From assembly GCA_038087875.1 (NCBI GenBank), contig CM075988.1, forward strand, positions 15,810,001 through 15,874,000: 64,000 bases of DNA. Reading direction: 5' to 3'. The DNA is from Malacoraja senta (lineage: Eukaryota). The notes under the pieces were generated by a model that saw only the letters and a list, made by a program, of their open reading frames with translations, made no database searches and was not told the DNA's origin. Position 1 is the stretch's first letter, and each line of letters opens with the position of its first letter. Positions 61,394-64,000 of the stretch are shown in pieces. A program made the translations under genes and the position numbers.

Positions 61394-64000
61394 TTTTTTA
61401 AATTTTTTTAATTTATTTTTATTTTTTATTTTTTATTTATTAGAAGTACATTACATTACAACCAATTACATTAGTACTCGTCACGTATATCTTATTACAA
61501 TTAATGTACTCCATCATTTTTACACTAATAAAGGGAAAGGATGAGATTGAGAGAAAGGAGAAAGTGAAGGAAAATAGTGAAAGTGTAAAAAACGTGACAA
61601 CAAAAAAGAACAAAGACCCTATAAGAAAGAAATTTAAAAAATAATTAAGAAATAGACCCTAAAAAAGAAGAAAAAAGAGAAAGAGGGAAAAGAGAAAAAC
61701 AAATACTTTGTTGTAAGCATCACGCAAATGGGACATACCAACTCTCCAGCTTTCATCCCCCCTTACCTGACCTCAGTTTTATTTTTTGTAAGTACTTTTG
61801 CACCCTATACTTGTAATAATTCTATAAATGCAGACCACGTCAGGTGGAAGTGATCTGGTTTACCTGCCAGGAGGAGTCTTATCTCTTCTAGGTGTAATGT
61901 TTCGAACATATTTGAAATCCACATGTTTATAGTTGGTATTGGAGCGTTTTTCCAGAATTTTAGGATTAACTTTTTTCCAGTTATTAACCCATAGTCTATT
62001 AATTTCTTTTGGAACACATTTAGTTCTGGACTATCTTCCATTGTTCTGAAGATAATCCATTCTGCTTTGGGTATCAGTTTTATTTTAAATAATTTTGTAA
62101 AGATTTCAAAAATTTCAATCCAAAATTTTGAATTTTTGTACAGAAAACAAATGAGTGCGCTTTAGTAGCTTCTTGAGATTGACATTTATCACAAATGGAT
62201 GATACATTTGGGAACATTTTATTAATTTTAGTTTTGGAATAATATAATCTATGTAAAATTTTAAATTGTATTAAAGTGTGTCTTACATTAATCGAACATT
62301 TATGCACGTTTAGTAAATGTTCATTCCACCTTTCCTTTGAGATTTTAATTGCTAATTCTTGTTCCCAGTCTCTTCTAATACCTTCCGTAGATGGTATTTC
62401 TACATTTAAGATAATATTATACAAATATGATATTAAGTTTGCTGATTCAGCTTTTATCTGCATTGCTTCATCCAGTACATCTGCTGGGATATTATAATGA
62501 TCTTTTGTATATTTTTTCAAATAGTCACATATTTGAAAATATTTAAAATATTGATTATTTCCCAGTTTATATTTTATTTGTAATTGTTGGAATGATAATA
62601 ATTTTCCAGTTTCATACAAGTCACTGAACGTTTTAATTCCTAGTCTATCCCATTGTATAAAAGATTTGTCTGTAATAGAGGGATTAAATGAGGGATTATT
62701 AACTATTGGAGATAACAGCGATAGATTTCTTAATTTTAAATTTTGTTTTATTTATTTCCAAGTTCTGATTGTACTATGTATAATTGGGTTTTTGTTATAA
62801 TTTATGTTATTCAGTTTCATTGGTGAGAGGAGGATCGCTCCAATGTTTCCAGAGGAGCAGTCCTCTCTCTCCATTACAATCCAGTCCACTTGCTGGGCAG
62901 AGTTGTCCATCAGTTGAATCATATTTTTAATATTTACTGACCAATAATAATACATGAAGTTAGGGAGTGCTAAGCCCCCTAATACTTTAGCTTTGTTCAA
63001 GTGTGTTCTTTGTATTCTATGTGATTTATAGTCCCATATAAAATTAGTAATGTCTGAATCCAGTTTTTTTTTAAACTTCTGTGGTAGGTATATAGGAATC
63101 GATTGAAATAGGTATAAAATTTGTGGTAAGAAGATCATTTTTATTGCATTTATTCGGCCAATTAAAGACATCGGGAGCATTTTCCAAAATTTAATTAGTG
63201 TAATTAATTTATTAAGTAAAGGATCAAAATTTGCTTTAAACATGCCTTGATATGTTCTAATGATTTCAATACCCAAGTATTTAAATTTTTCTGTAGCTAT
63301 TTTAAAAGGGAATTTTAAAAGATGTGTTGAGTCTTTCGGTTTTATTGACATAATTTCACTTTTATTCCAATTTATTCTGTATCCAGAAAAAGATCCAAAG
63401 TCCTCAATTAAATGTAATATATTTGGTATAGTAATTTGAGGTTTTGTAATGTACAATAATATATCATCCGCGTATAAAGATATTTTATTATTTGAATATT
63501 TAGTATTATACCCATGGATATCTGGATGTGTTCTAATTTTTTCTGCTAACGGTTCAATTATGAGAGCAAACAACTGTGGTGATAATGAGCATCCTTGTCT
63601 ATTTCCCCTTGATAGTTGAAATTTCGAGGATAATATGTTATTAGTTAATATTCTAGCTGTAGGTTTATTATATAATAGTTTAATCCATAAAATAAAATTC
63701 TCTCCCAGTTGGAATTTTTGTAATACTTTATCCATATAATTCCATTCTACTTGGTCAAATGCTTTTTCAGCGTCCAGCGAAATAATTGATAATTCTTGTT
63801 CTTCAATTTTATGTGAGTGCATTATATTGAGTAGACGTCTCATATTATTAGATGAATATCTCTTAGGGATAAACCCCGTCTGATCTGGGTTTATTAGTTT
63901 ACTAATATATTTACTTAATCTTCTAGCTAATGTTTTCGCTAATATTTTTTGATCTGTATTTAACAATGCTATAGCTCTATATGAACCCGGTTCTTCTATA
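61394..64000 (-). mobile_element. L1-clade LINE: 3' part of ORF2 (RT plus C-terminal Cys/His knuckle), frameshifted, with 3' UTR and A-rich tail; runs off the window end
   Basis: ORF 62752-63966 has DQTGFI, SLDAEKAFD, GNRQGCSLSP, SLYADD, KYLG. ORF 62080-62619 has HRLYYS and C-x2-C...H...C. T-rich tail at about 61394-61442. Confidence 0.95.

Noticed and set aside
46825-64000. LAYN C-type lectin exons
   Set aside because: No CY...WIGL-type coding was found. They are presumably beyond the window, so the LAYN call rests on exon 1 and synteny.

Overview
This is vertebrate genomic DNA. The repeat content (HE1/V-SINE-like SINEs, CR1, L2, Rex1, L1 and Penelope-like elements) suggests a cartilaginous fish, probably a skate or ray; that is an inference. 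Two protein genes can be reconstructed, both on the + strand. The first is a complete 6-exon HOATZ (C11orf88) orthologue (1561-33326, about 179 aa, all splice phases consistent). The second is the signal-peptide first exon of a probable LAYN (layilin) gene (46752-46824), matching the HOATZ-LAYN order known from human. Almost all ORFs in the supplied track are spurious or TE-derived. The most notable observations are: (1) a 6-unit 34-35 bp tandem array directly upstream of the HOATZ ATG in which every unit carries an RFX X-box-like motif and an ATG; (2) a dispersed, TSD-flanked 100-300 bp Penelope-derived repeat whose conserved core has the layout of a minimal hammerhead ribozyme, sometimes as back-to-back inverted pairs, plus a Penelope ORF remnant; (3) three separate 60-100 bp locally templated copies of nearby DNA at insertion junctions; (4) a non-autonomous Helitron, hAT and PIF/Harbinger-like MITEs, and a GC-rich non-autonomous LINE-like element with a conserved 3' hairpin. 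No CRISPR, rRNA or genuine tRNA genes were seen, and canonical miR-34b/c was not found. Family assignments come from recognition only, without database searches.
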